A stretch of 64,000 nt of DNA from Candidatus Cloacimonadales bacterium. GTDB taxonomy: Bacteria > Cloacimonadota > Cloacimonadia > Cloacimonadales > JAIOQZ01. Below are positions 30,938 through 40,401 of the stretch, one piece after another (positions within the stretch are counted from its first letter, which is position 1; each line of letters starts with the position of its first letter). The stretch covers positions 3,072,001-3,136,000 of the forward strand of contig OY762463.1 of NCBI GenBank assembly GCA_963665815.1, in the 5' to 3' direction. Both the position numbers and the translations under genes were made by a program. The notes under the pieces were generated by a model. The model ran no database searches. It was given only the letters and a program-made list of their open reading frames with translations, and had not been told where the DNA came from.

Positions 30938-33823
30938 ATGGTAAAGATGGTAAATCTATCTCAAAAATCAGATATCAAACATATAATTCTGACATTCATT
31001 TTTATAATATTTATACCAAATCTTCTTCTGGCAGAAGCAAGATTTCAAGAAGATGTCTTCAGCCAGACTTCTCCGGAACAAAATGGCATGTTTGGTAGTT
31101 CTGTACAGATATCAGGAGCATATGCAATTGCTACATCAACCGGTGATCCGAGCAACCCGCAAGGACAGTCAGCTTACTTTTATTTAAAAAATGCAGAAGC
31201 ATGGTCTTCAGTATCAGTAGCAATGCCGGAAGACTCACAGATATTTGAGAATTTTGGATATTCATGTGATATCGATGGTAATCATGCAGTTATTGGTGCA
31301 TACTCAAAGGATAATACTGGTGCCGTTTATGTATATAGTTATGATGGAACTTCCTGGAATAATACTCTTATTATCAGTCATAGTAATCTATCTGTTGATG
31401 ACATGTTTGGTTTTTCCGTTTCTCTGCACTCAGATAATCTTATTATTGGAGCTCCTGGAGATGATGAAGTATCAAATAATGCAGGTGCCGTATACTGCTA
31501 CCGATTTTCCGGAAATACTTGGAATTTTGAAGATAAGATTACAAATCCATCTGCTGGAACAGAATTTGGCTATGCTGTAGATAACTACAACAGCAATTTT
31601 GTCGTTTCTTCTCTACCGGCACTCCAGCAAGACTCAAACTATAGAATTTTTGTTTACAACTATAATAACAATAACTGGACCATGTTTCTGGAAATCCCTG
31701 AGCAGACTCCTGATTTTGGGTGTTCTCTTGCAATGACAGATTCCAGATTACTGGTTGGGGCTTGCGGAGATAATCCTAATGGATCACAGTCAGGTTCTGT
31801 ATACTATTTTGAATATAATGGTACATACTGGGATGAAATTGAGGTTTTCTCTCCTCATATAGGATCGACAGACGATTATTTTGGAAAATCAGTGGATATA
31901 CTAAATGATATTGCTGTTATTGGTGCTCCAGGCTCTGAAAACTCATACAACAGTACAGGATACTCATGCTATTATGAGCTGAATGGGAACAACTGGAATC
32001 TCAAAAGAATTTTGTCTCCGGAAAACGGCTCAATAGGCGATTTTGTTGGAGCTTCTGTTTCAATATCTCAGGATGACATTTTCGTTGGCTGCCCGGGACA
32101 AGACTCGCAAGTTGAGAATTCAGGAATCATTTTACGGTATGAAATCCCGGAATACAGCGTTGACTTTCATGCTGATTTCCGGAGAGCTACTGCCGGAGAT
32201 ACTATACAATTTTTCAGTGGAGCAGTTGGAAATGTTACTGAGTATCAGTGGGATTTTGATAATGACGATGTTATTGATTCTTATGATGAAAATCCTCAAT
32301 ACGTATATACTGATCAAGGAAATTATGATGTTAAACTTTCTGTTCGAGATGAATTTGAAATTCGAACTATGATCAAAGAGGATTACATTAAAATAAGAAG
32401 CTTATGGGATAACGAACATAAGTTAACTGATAATAATTCATTGGATGATTACGAATTCGGACATGATATAGCTTTTGATAATAATAACGCAATTGTACAT
32501 TCTATCGATAACTCAGGAATTCTACCTGTAAATAAAATTACTTTTCTTACAAAGAATAATGGAACCTGGAATCAGATTCAGAGTATTGTAATTGATTCAA
32601 GCTCTGCCGGACCGGTTGATATTGATATCAATGGTGATTATGCAATTCTAGGTTCAGCTTATGATAATAATCATGGTTATTGCTATGTTTTCCATAATGA
32701 TGGTTCTACATGGGCCATGATACAGAGCCTTAAACCTTTCGATAATGCAGAATTTGCCAGATGCGGGACTTCTGTTTCACTTTCTGACTCCTTACTGGTA
32801 TGTGGTGCTGAAGAAGGAAGAGTTTATGTTTGGAAAATTGATTCCGGTCAATGGATCCCGGACCAGACTATTGAACCGTCCGACGGTCTAATAGGACAGG
32901 GTTTCGGAGAATCAGTTGATATACATAATGGAAAAATATTTGTTGGCGCTCCATATAAAACAAATTCCGGATTATCAAATGCAGGTTTAATATATTTGTA
33001 TGAAGCTGATTCTACCGGTTGGACAGAAACTCAGATTATTTCTCCCATGGAACCGCAGACTAATGATTTTTTTGGAAGCGATATGAATCTTTATGGTGAC
33101 TACATGATAATTGGAAAATTCAGACAGGATATTCATTCCGGAACAGATGGAGCTGCATTTGTATTTTATAACAATGCTGGAGTTTGGAGTGAACAGCAGA
33201 AAATTTTCCCGGATCTTGTTTCTGCAGGCAGTATGTTTGGTCGCAATGTTGATATAAATGGTGAATATGCCATTATAGGAGCAAGCTATGACTCTGAATT
33301 TTCAGAAAATAGTGGAGCGGCATTTCTTTACAAAAGAAATGGATATTCATGGGAATTCTATAGCAAGCTTAATCCGGAAGAAATATGTGCAAAAGCCAGA
33401 TTTGGACATAGAGTAATGTTTAATGATGACGAGGTAATGATTTCCGCACCATTCGACAGTGAGAATGGAACAAAAGCCGGCGCAGTTTATTTCTATCCTT
33501 ACGAGCAAATTCCTGTAAAGAACATTGAAGAAGAACTTACTTATTCTGTTATCAATGCTTCTAATTATCCAAACCCATTCAACCCGAGAACTACAATTCG
33601 ATTCAGTCTTGCTAAGCAACAGAATGTAAATGTTGCAATTTATAACCTGAAAGGACAAAAAGTAAAAACTTTACTTAATGAGAACTTATCAACAGGAACA
33701 CATGAGGTTGTCTGGACAGGCGAAGATAAATCAGGCAGACTGGTTGGATCTGGCGTATACTTCTACAGAATAGCTCCACAAAGTGGTAACGCGGTTGTAA
33801 AAAAGTGTATAATGCTAAAATAG
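30938..33823 (+). CDS. Secreted FG-GAP repeat + PKD protein with FlgD-Ig/T9SS-A-like C-terminal domain
   Basis: Many FGxSV...IGAP...GAVY repeats in two blocks around a PKD (YQWDFDND); C-terminal NYPNPFNP...KKCIMLK. Confidence 0.85.
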   Translation: MVKMVNLSQKSDIKHIILTFIFIIFIPNLLLAEARFQEDVFSQTSPEQNGMFGSSVQISGAYAIATSTGDPSNPQGQSAYFYLKNAEAWSSVSVAMPEDSQIFENFGYSCDIDGNHAVIGAYSKDNTGAVYVYSYDGTSWNNTLIISHSNLSVDDMFGFSVSLHSDNLIIGAPGDDEVSNNAGAVYCYRFSGNTWNFEDKITNPSAGTEFGYAVDNYNSNFVVSSLPALQQDSNYRIFVYNYNNNNWTMFLEIPEQTPDFGCSLAMTDSRLLVGACGDNPNGSQSGSVYYFEYNGTYWDEIEVFSPHIGSTDDYFGKSVDILNDIAVIGAPGSENSYNSTGYSCYYELNGNNWNLKRILSPENGSIGDFVGASVSISQDDIFVGCPGQDSQVENSGIILRYEIPEYSVDFHADFRRATAGDTIQFFSGAVGNVTEYQWDFDNDDVIDSYDENPQYVYTDQGNYDVKLSVRDEFEIRTMIKEDYIKIRSLWDNEHKLTDNNSLDDYEFGHDIAFDNNNAIVHSIDNSGILPVNKITFLTKNNGTWNQIQSIVIDSSSAGPVDIDINGDYAILGSAYDNNHGYCYVFHNDGSTWAMIQSLKPFDNAEFARCGTSVSLSDSLLVCGAEEGRVYVWKIDSGQWIPDQTIEPSDGLIGQGFGESVDIHNGKIFVGAPYKTNSGLSNAGLIYLYEADSTGWTETQIISPMEPQTNDFFGSDMNLYGDYMIIGKFRQDIHSGTDGAAFVFYNNAGVWSEQQKIFPDLVSAGSMFGRNVDINGEYAIIGASYDSEFSENSGAAFLYKRNGYSWEFYSKLNPEEICAKARFGHRVMFNDDEVMISAPFDSENGTKAGAVYFYPYEQIPVKNIEEELTYSVINASNYPNPFNPRTTIRFSLAKQQNVNVAIYNLKGQKVKTLLNENLSTGTHEVVWTGEDKSGRLVGSGVYFYRIAPQSGNAVVKKCIMLK

Positions 33824-33902
33824 TAGTCCATTGTAATGGATTACAACGTGATCCTTGCGAGGAATACGTTTTTAAAAGCATCTTATAAGCAATTTAATAC
33901 AA

Positions 33903-33930
33903 GCTCTGAAGAAATTCAGGGCTTTTTCTT
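33903..33930 (+). terminator. Intrinsic terminator, same sequence family as 1708-1747 and 62421-62460
   Basis: GCTCTGAA-gaaa-TTCAGGGC-TTTTTCTT. Confidence 0.75.
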
Positions 33931-33984
33931 CTTGAGGTGAATAGATGTGTCATTGCCCAGATCCGTTCAGTAAAAGTAGAGTTG

Positions 33985-34062
33985 GAGCACTTTGCGTCAT
34001 TGGAGTGTAGTTGACTCGGTTTATCAAAAGCCGTTTGATTTTGCAATTATGCAAAGCTCTCA
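33985..34062 (-). mobile_element. MITE-like miniature element, copy B (degenerate)
   Basis: Reverse complement tgagagctttgcataattgcaaaatcaa...gtcaactacac...gcaaagtgctc aligns with 37779-37836. Confidence 0.55.
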
Positions 34063-34150
34063 GATGATTTCTTTAATATGAGATTAACAGTTCCACCTTT
34101 TATTGAATGTAATGTAATCAATATATCTGTGTTTCAAATTGTTTCCACTG

Positions 34151-35029
34151 TTATAGATGTTCTCCTTCAACTTCAACGTGAATTGTCGATTCAACACCCA
34201 GTTTGTCCATTAGAGCTATTTCAATTCCTGTAGCCCGTGTATGAGCTTCTCTGAGTGTTATAGCTCCGGGCAGTTTGATATGAAATGTGATCTCTTTATG
34301 ATGCCCATAGTTGTGAACATGGATATGGTGCATATTCAGATCAGAACCTTCTTTTGCAATACATATTTCTCGTATTCTGCCTTCCAGGTCGTCAGTTATG
34401 CTCTCCCCCATAAGCGTATGGAAAGACTCCTTAAGTATACCGAATGTCGCATAGAAAATCATGCAGGAAACAATTATACTTAGTACACCATCCATCCACC
34501 AAAAGTACTTACCCAGGAAAATACCAATCAGTATTACAACTGAAGATAGTGCATCACTCCTGTGATGCCAGGCATCGGCCTTCAGAGTAGGTGAATCGGA
34601 TTTTTTGTATGCCCACAGGGCATATTGTGCCAAAGCTTCTTTCACAATTATAGACAATACTGTAACTACTATTGCAGACATTGTATAGATCGTTTCCTCT
34701 CTTACAATTATCCTCTTTATCCCTTCCCAGAAGAATTTTGCAGCAATTATACTTAACAACACTCCAATAATGTTTGTTGCAATAATTTCCGCTCTGCCAT
34801 GACCAAATGGATGTTCTTTATCCGGAGGTTTAGAAGAGTATTTTACTCCCAGAATAACGATAAGGGATGAAACACTATCAGAAAGAGTATGCCAGGCATC
34901 TGCCATAATTGCCAGAGAATGAGTCATGAGACCGACAACCAGTTTAAAAGCAAACAAGACAATGTTTGTTACAATCGATATCCAACCTTCCAGATATGCG
35001 TAATGATTCCTTTTTTTAGCATCCATCAT
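34151..35029 (-). CDS. Cation diffusion facilitator (FieF-like)
   Basis: ADAWHTLSD, HPFGHGRAE, ADAWHHRSD, IHVE. Confidence 0.92.
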   Translation of the reverse strand: MMDAKKRNHYAYLEGWISIVTNIVLFAFKLVVGLMTHSLAIMADAWHTLSDSVSSLIVILGVKYSSKPPDKEHPFGHGRAEIIATNIIGVLLSIIAAKFFWEGIKRIIVREETIYTMSAIVVTVLSIIVKEALAQYALWAYKKSDSPTLKADAWHHRSDALSSVVILIGIFLGKYFWWMDGVLSIIVSCMIFYATFGILKESFHTLMGESITDDLEGRIREICIAKEGSDLNMHHIHVHNYGHHKEITFHIKLPGAITLREAHTRATGIEIALMDKLGVESTIHVEVEGEHL

Positions 35030-36015
35030 TTTCCCCTGCCATTCCTTTGTCTTCTCAGACGTTTAAGATGTAAATCGAATGTCTCAGAGAAAATATGACC
35101 TCCTCTGCCGTCCGCAAAGAAATAAAAGTAATCAGTATTTTCAGGTTGCAGGACAGCACTGATAGCAGATTCAGATGGACTACAGATTGGAGTTGGCGGT
35201 AATCCTGTATAAAGATAAGTATTGTATGGTGAGTCTATTTTTAGATCTTTGTAATATATTTTCTTTCTGCGTTTACCTTGTTGTTCAAGGACATAGGCAA
35301 CAGTGGGATCTGCCTGAAGTTTCTGGTTTATTTCTACCCGATTCATATATACAGAGGCTATCCGGGGTTTTTCTGACTCAATTCTGGCTTCACGTTCTAC
35401 AATTGATGCCAAAGTCATAACTTCATAGAAATCAAGCTGCGTATTTACTTGAAAATCCATAACAGACATTATCTTGTAGAAATGTTTGACAATTGTTTCA
35501 ATAATGAATTCTTCACTTACATCTGCAGGGAAATGATATGTTTCCGGATAAATAAAACCTTCAAGAGATTTAACAGGGAATCCGGTAACTCTGGTGGCAA
35601 AAGTAGAATCATTAACAAGAGAATCAAATCTTGCAGCATTCACAAACTCGTGGTTATTCATGATAGCTGTTACTTTTTTGAGAGTTAAGCCTTCCGGAAT
35701 TGTTATTGGATGCATCTGCACTCTTGCTTTATGTATTTTATTCAGTATTCCCAAAATACTCACTCTACCTTTGAAAAGATAATGTCCGGGACTAAGTCTA
35801 GTTTCAATACCCTTCACTCTTGCCAATATTTTAAACCAGAAGGGATTGCGAATAATTTCGTTCTCATAAAGAATACGAGCAATTCGGCTTGCACTGTCAC
35901 CGTTTTCAATCGCAATTACTTTTTCAGGCAGTGTATATGTTTTGAAGACTGTATCAATATAAACACATGTCATCACAAAAATAAGTGCAATAATACTGAT
36001 GAAGAAAAGTCTCAT
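35026..36015 (-). CDS. mltG: Endolytic transglycosylase MltG
   Basis: TIPEG, LEGFIYPETY, LASIVEREA, LQADPTV, SPYNTY...GLPPTPI. Confidence 0.95.
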   Translation of the reverse strand: MRLFFISIIALIFVMTCVYIDTVFKTYTLPEKVIAIENGDSASRIARILYENEIIRNPFWFKILARVKGIETRLSPGHYLFKGRVSILGILNKIHKARVQMHPITIPEGLTLKKVTAIMNNHEFVNAARFDSLVNDSTFATRVTGFPVKSLEGFIYPETYHFPADVSEEFIIETIVKHFYKIMSVMDFQVNTQLDFYEVMTLASIVEREARIESEKPRIASVYMNRVEINQKLQADPTVAYVLEQQGKRRKKIYYKDLKIDSPYNTYLYTGLPPTPICSPSESAISAVLQPENTDYFYFFADGRGGHIFSETFDLHLKRLRRQRNGRGK

Positions 36016-36016
36016 A

Positions 36017-36433
36017 TTACATGCTCTGAAGATATGATCGAAGAATCAGTGAGGCTGCGATCTGATCTACGATTTTCCTTCCCTGTTTGGGTGAAAGTCC
36101 CATTTTTCTTATTTCGGCTTCTGATTCTTTGCTTGTGAAACGCTCATCCTGCCATTTAACAGGAAGATCAATTGATTCTTTAAGAAGTTGACAGAAATCT
36201 CGTGTCTTACCTGTCTGAATTGTATCTTCACCGGAAAGATTGAGTGGAAGTCCTAATACAATTTCCTTAACACTCTGTTCTCTGATAATTTCGATAATTT
36301 CACTTATTACCTGAGTATCAGACTCAAGCTGAATTGTTCTGTAAGGTGATGCAATAATCCTCATAGGATCAGACAATGCAATCCCAACTCTTACAGTTCC
36401 ATAGTCTATTGCCAGTACTCGGTAATATTCCAT
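36017..36433 (-). CDS. ruvX: YqgF/RuvX pre-16S rRNA nuclease
   Basis: LAIDYGTVRVGIALSD, GLPL, DERFTS, DQIAASLIL. Confidence 0.95.
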   Translation of the reverse strand: MEYYRVLAIDYGTVRVGIALSDPMRIIASPYRTIQLESDTQVISEIIEIIREQSVKEIVLGLPLNLSGEDTIQTGKTRDFCQLLKESIDLPVKWQDERFTSKESEAEIRKMGLSPKQGRKIVDQIAASLILRSYLQSM

Positions 36434-36442
36434 ACTTCATCC

Positions 36443-37018
36443 TTAAACATTTGATTCATCAAGCCATTTACAAATTTTCCATTCATTATTGACTTTTCTG
36501 ACGATGAACCTCGCCTTTCCTTCGGAAGTAATACTTCCTGAAAAGTCAAAATACAGGCTTAATTTGAAATCACAGGGAATAACAATCTCATTTTCGAATG
36601 TATCCTGATCATTAATGTACCAAATATTTTCAGGGGGGATTACCAAGACAAGAGAAATATTTGAAGGTGCAGGATATTTTCCATCACTTGATCCTGATCC
36701 AAACAAGTTTCGATGGTATTCAACTTCCTGTTCTTTAAACCAATAGTTATCTTTGAGATCATCTCCATCAATATCTATACCAATTTCACTGTACTCAGAA
36801 GCAATAAGATAGAACTGAAAATCACCGGTCAAACAGGACTCATACATTTCGATATCCATATTATTGTATGATGTCTCAAGTTTGTTCAGCAAATCCACGG
36901 GAGTACCGGCCGAAGCAGGTTCAGGATCATAATCTCTGATTTCAGGATGAAACGGATTCTTACAACCCAGAATTAACAGCATTATCATCAAAACTGACAT
37001 TTTACTGATATAATTCAT
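36443..37018 (-). CDS. Hypothetical lipoprotein (NTF2-like?)
   Basis: Lipobox ILGC-KNPFHP; C-terminal WKICKWLD; DIDGD loop. Confidence 0.7.
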   Translation of the reverse strand: MNYISKMSVLMIMLLILGCKNPFHPEIRDYDPEPASAGTPVDLLNKLETSYNNMDIEMYESCLTGDFQFYLIASEYSEIGIDIDGDDLKDNYWFKEQEVEYHRNLFGSGSSDGKYPAPSNISLVLVIPPENIWYINDQDTFENEIVIPCDFKLSLYFDFSGSITSEGKARFIVRKVNNEWKICKWLDESNV

Positions 37019-37577
37019 ATTTCATCCTTCCAATAGTATTATCTCCGTTTTCGCGATAATCGTACCATTGATAAATTTTCCAGAAACCGCTGACATTCTT
37101 CAATATAATCTTCCATTTACCTTGAAATATTTCCGTATCTGTTTCTCCTTCAACATACAGATTATAGTATCTTATCATCTCTGCCCGATTAGTTTGTATC
37201 TCATCATCATCATATTGATCGAGCTGGAGAGTTATACCATTATTATCCGAGTAACTTGTATGAAACAAATTCAGACTTTCAATTTCGGATTCACTGTTCC
37301 AGTTACTGGAAATATCATATTCAACAATATCCTGACTTGCAAAGTAATATTTGAAATCATCATCAAGAATCTCATTATACTTTGCGACATTCTGTTGGTC
37401 CTGAAAAACATAAATAATATTTTCCAACGCCTTTTCCGGCGTAACCACAAACGTATTCCACTCAGTATTGTGCTGAGGTGGATCAGACTCTCTCGGTGAA
37501 AATATTCTGCATCCCCAAAGAACCTCTATCAATAATATAATGATACTCATACGAAACAGGAAAATATATTTACTCAT
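37002..37577 (-). CDS. Hypothetical lipoprotein, paralog of adjacent gene (start uncertain: 37577 or 37550)
   Basis: Lipobox LWGC-RIFSPRE; C-terminal WKIYQWYD; TTGACA overlapping the ORF-track start at 37616 argues for a later start. Confidence 0.68.
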   Translation of the reverse strand: MSKYIFLFRMSIIILLIEVLWGCRIFSPRESDPPQHNTEWNTFVVTPEKALENIIYVFQDQQNVAKYNEILDDDFKYYFASQDIVEYDISSNWNSESEIESLNLFHTSYSDNNGITLQLDQYDDDEIQTNRAEMIRYYNLYVEGETDTEIFQGKWKIILKNVSGFWKIYQWYDYRENGDNTIGRMKYELYQ

Positions 37578-37778
37578 ATTAAGACTATCATTGTGATTAA
37601 AGCAATGCTCTGTCAAACATTATTTATCTGGATATGGAATCCCTGTAAACTGGTCATTACAGTGTATTAACAAGTAATTTCATAATCTTCCACATGGGGG
37701 AAAAAATGAGATATTCTCAAAAATTACTAATACTTTGTCATTTTTCGTCCCCTTTTTAGAGCTTATGAGTTATATTAA

Positions 37779-37836
37779 TGAGAACTTTGCATAATAGCAA
37801 AATCAAGTCAACCACACCAGTTATGCAAAGGTCTCA
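37779..37836. mobile_element. MITE-like miniature element, copy A, flanked by TTAA
   Basis: TIRs tgagaactttgcataa / ttatgcaaaggtctca (15/16); TTAA at 37775-37778 and 37837-37840. Confidence 0.6.
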
Positions 37837-37861
37837 TTAATATATAAAAAAGGAGCTGCTT

Positions 37862-38008
37862 ATGATAGAGGAGATATTGATTAAAGTCGATAAGGTGGCA
37901 GAAGTAAGAAAAACACAGGAACTGCCTAAACTGATATTGATGATCAATGACTTGAAAAGAAAGCGTCCTGTCGTAGGATCAATGAAAGATCTTGAAAAGG
38001 TGCATTAA
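37862..38008 (+). CDS. 48-aa small protein absent from the ORF track (MIEEILIKVDKVAEVRKTQELPKLILMINDLKRKRPVVGSMKDLEKVH)
   Basis: AGGAG RBS at 37851-37855, ATG 37862, TAA 38006-38008, followed by a terminator. Confidence 0.65.
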   Translation: MIEEILIKVDKVAEVRKTQELPKLILMINDLKRKRPVVGSMKDLEKVH

Positions 38009-38024
38009 CTGTACGGATTTTAAC

Positions 38025-38057
38025 AAAGGCTGAGAGTTGGGTTCTCAGCCTTTATTT
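38025..38057 (+). terminator. Intrinsic terminator after small ORF
   Basis: AAAGGCTGAGA-gttgggt-TCTCAGCCTTT-attt. Confidence 0.75.
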
Positions 38058-38235
38058 AAATATGAACCTATAAGAAATAAAGATGAATACATGACTCATG
38101 ATAGTTTTGCCTGTCAGCTATAATTTTCAGTATTGAATCAACAGTTTCGATAACAACATTTGAAGAAATATCTTGATTAATATCTGTTAACAGCTCATTA
38201 TTGATCAACATTGAAAGTCACAATATGAGAGTGCG

Positions 38236-39528
38236 ATGAAGAAGAATACAAGAAAAAATCAGTTCTGGCTGACAACCTCAATAAGAGTCCTGTTATTCAT
38301 GACCGCTTTTATCCTGCTTTCTATCTTTATAAAAAACTCATTCACAAAACTTCCAGATACAAAAGTAAAACAGAAAATGCTGGTAACAAGTATCCTTAAT
38401 AATCTGGAAAAAGGAATGCATGAGAAATCAATCATTAATTTTAATCAGAGGATTTTCCCTGAAGGTTCTTGTTTTTCTTTACTTTTGTATTCAGTCTCCT
38501 GGTCTAACATCGCAATTTTGAACCAGGATGATACTGAACTTGTCCGAAAGGCAACTAATGAAGCTGTATGGGCAATTGAAGAGTTTAGAAAAGATTATGT
38601 TACATCAATTTTTACGGACACTGAGATTGAAAACGGTATACTTTGGATGGGGCAGTTAAATCTTATGCTTGGAAAGTTTGTAACTCTTGTAAAAGATAAC
38701 CCTGAGTACTCAGATTATGTCAATATGTTCCATACATACTCAAACATATTAAATTCCGCTTACGAAGAAAGCTCATTCTGTCTACTGAACACTTATCCTT
38801 TTGGTTGCTGGACTGCAGATAATGCGACTGCAATATTGTCATTGGCATTGCACGATCAATTATTCGGATCTGATTATATTAAAACATGTTCGCGCTGGAC
38901 AAACTGGTTTCTCGAAAATCCCGACGAAACTTGCGGACTTCCTGTAGCCAAAGTAAACAATAAGAATGGTTTCCCCCATGAACCTGCACGAGGGAGCAGT
39001 AATTCGTGGATTATTACAATATTGTCCCACTTTGACACAAAAACAGCTTTTTCGCTATACAAAAAACACAGAAAACATTTCACAAACAAACTGATTGGGT
39101 TCAACACATTCCGAGAATATATGAAGGGTTCACGTTTTAAACCGGATGTAGATTCAGGACCGGTTGTTTTGGGTTCAGGGGTTACTGTATCTGCTTCGTC
39201 AATAATAACTGCTGTATTGTGTAAAGACTATGAAACGGCAAATGACATCAATATAATATTGAATATGTTTTGCTATCCCCACACATTTACCAGAAATGGA
39301 AAATCATATAGGTCTTATCTGTTTAACAAGTTTCCAATGGGAGATTTATTCATTGTCTGGCAGTATAGTATGCTGGATGTTAATGAAATTGCATCAGATA
39401 AGAATTCAGGTAAATCCAACGCATGGCTTTTCAGGCTGATTCTAATTGTTTTTCTGTTTATTACTTTGATTTATCTAAGACAAATCATCAAATCTATATT
39501 GAATCATTACCAATCTAAAAGTAAATAA
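38236..39528 (+). CDS. Membrane-anchored hypothetical protein, possibly linalool dehydratase/isomerase-like helical barrel
   Basis: N- and C-terminal TMs; LNTYP..CW.AD, RGSS, FREY, DVDSGP motifs recalled from an Ldi-like uncharacterised family. Confidence 0.45.
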   Translation: MKKNTRKNQFWLTTSIRVLLFMTAFILLSIFIKNSFTKLPDTKVKQKMLVTSILNNLEKGMHEKSIINFNQRIFPEGSCFSLLLYSVSWSNIAILNQDDTELVRKATNEAVWAIEEFRKDYVTSIFTDTEIENGILWMGQLNLMLGKFVTLVKDNPEYSDYVNMFHTYSNILNSAYEESSFCLLNTYPFGCWTADNATAILSLALHDQLFGSDYIKTCSRWTNWFLENPDETCGLPVAKVNNKNGFPHEPARGSSNSWIITILSHFDTKTAFSLYKKHRKHFTNKLIGFNTFREYMKGSRFKPDVDSGPVVLGSGVTVSASSIITAVLCKDYETANDINIILNMFCYPHTFTRNGKSYRSYLFNKFPMGDLFIVWQYSMLDVNEIASDKNSGKSNAWLFRLILIVFLFITLIYLRQIIKSILNHYQSKSK

Positions 39529-39668
39529 TCTTAGTTGGACTCATTTGAACTTTTTAACTACTGCTATTAAATAAATTCCTTCGCAATTTAAGGTTTTAAA
39601 ATCTCATTGACAGCAAATAACTGCACAGAATTTTCAAACCTTAAATAAAATGGAGGATTACACTTCAC

Positions 39669-40235
39669 ATGGAGAATAAAAAGTTTGGAAATCCTGCAGT
39701 TGTTGGACTTGCAGGTTTCGGTCTCACTACATTTATATTGCAGATTCATAATCTTGGTCTCTGCGGAATTGGACCTGTATTGGCAATGGCTCTGATTTAC
39801 GGTGGTCTTGCTCAGATGATAGCCGGATTTCAAGAGCAAAAAATGGGGAACAACTTTGGATACTCAGCTTTTGTATCTTATGGTTCTTTCTGGATAGGAC
39901 TCGGCATAATCTGGTTGCTTAATCATTTTGGTATTTATAAGCTTTCAACAACCGATGTTGGCTGGTACCTCGTCGCCTGGACAATCTACACATTCATAAT
40001 GTTTATTGGAGCAATAAGAATTCATACAGCTATGGCTGTTACATTCCTGTTGCTGCTTATAGGGTTTATCCTGCTTGACCTTGGGCATTTCGGATTTCCG
40101 ATAATGAATAAAGTAGCAGGTGTTGAACTGATTGTTTGCGCTTGCTCAGCCTGGTATATGATGGCTGGCATTATCTGGAATGATCTTGCCGGTAAAACTG
40201 TTTTACCAATGGGAAAACCCTGGATAAAGTCATAA
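39669..40235 (+). CDS. satP: Acetate transporter, SatP/YaaH (GPR1/FUN34) family
   Basis: GNPAVVGLAGF, YGGLAQ, SYGSFW; 6 TMs; RBS GGAGG. Confidence 0.9.
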   Translation: MENKKFGNPAVVGLAGFGLTTFILQIHNLGLCGIGPVLAMALIYGGLAQMIAGFQEQKMGNNFGYSAFVSYGSFWIGLGIIWLLNHFGIYKLSTTDVGWYLVAWTIYTFIMFIGAIRIHTAMAVTFLLLLIGFILLDLGHFGFPIMNKVAGVELIVCACSAWYMMAGIIWNDLAGKTVLPMGKPWIKS

Positions 40236-40262
40236 ATAAGCTTTGTACAAAGTTACAATATT

Positions 40263-40291
40263 AAAAGGACAGAGAAATCTGGCCTTTTTTT
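40263..40291 (+). terminator. satP terminator
   Basis: AAAAGGaCAGA-gaaa-TCTGgCCTTTTTTT. Confidence 0.65.
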
Positions 40292-40339
40292 ATTAACGAG
40301 TTATGCCAATAATCAGAAGCTATAGAGTCTATAAAACAA

Positions 40340-40366
40340 GTAAAGGGCTGAAAATCAGCCCCTTAC
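40340..40366 (-). terminator. Hairpin after the 1724-aa gene
   Basis: GGGCTGA-aaa-TCAGCCC stem. Confidence 0.55.
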
Positions 40367-40401
40367 TCAGTCTTTGGATTGTACTTTATTCTAAAACAAC
40401 A

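Noticed and set aside
37696-37752. Imperfect inverted repeat gggggaaaaaatga / tcatttttcgtcccc
   Set aside because: Low complexity with gaps; cannot be separated from chance
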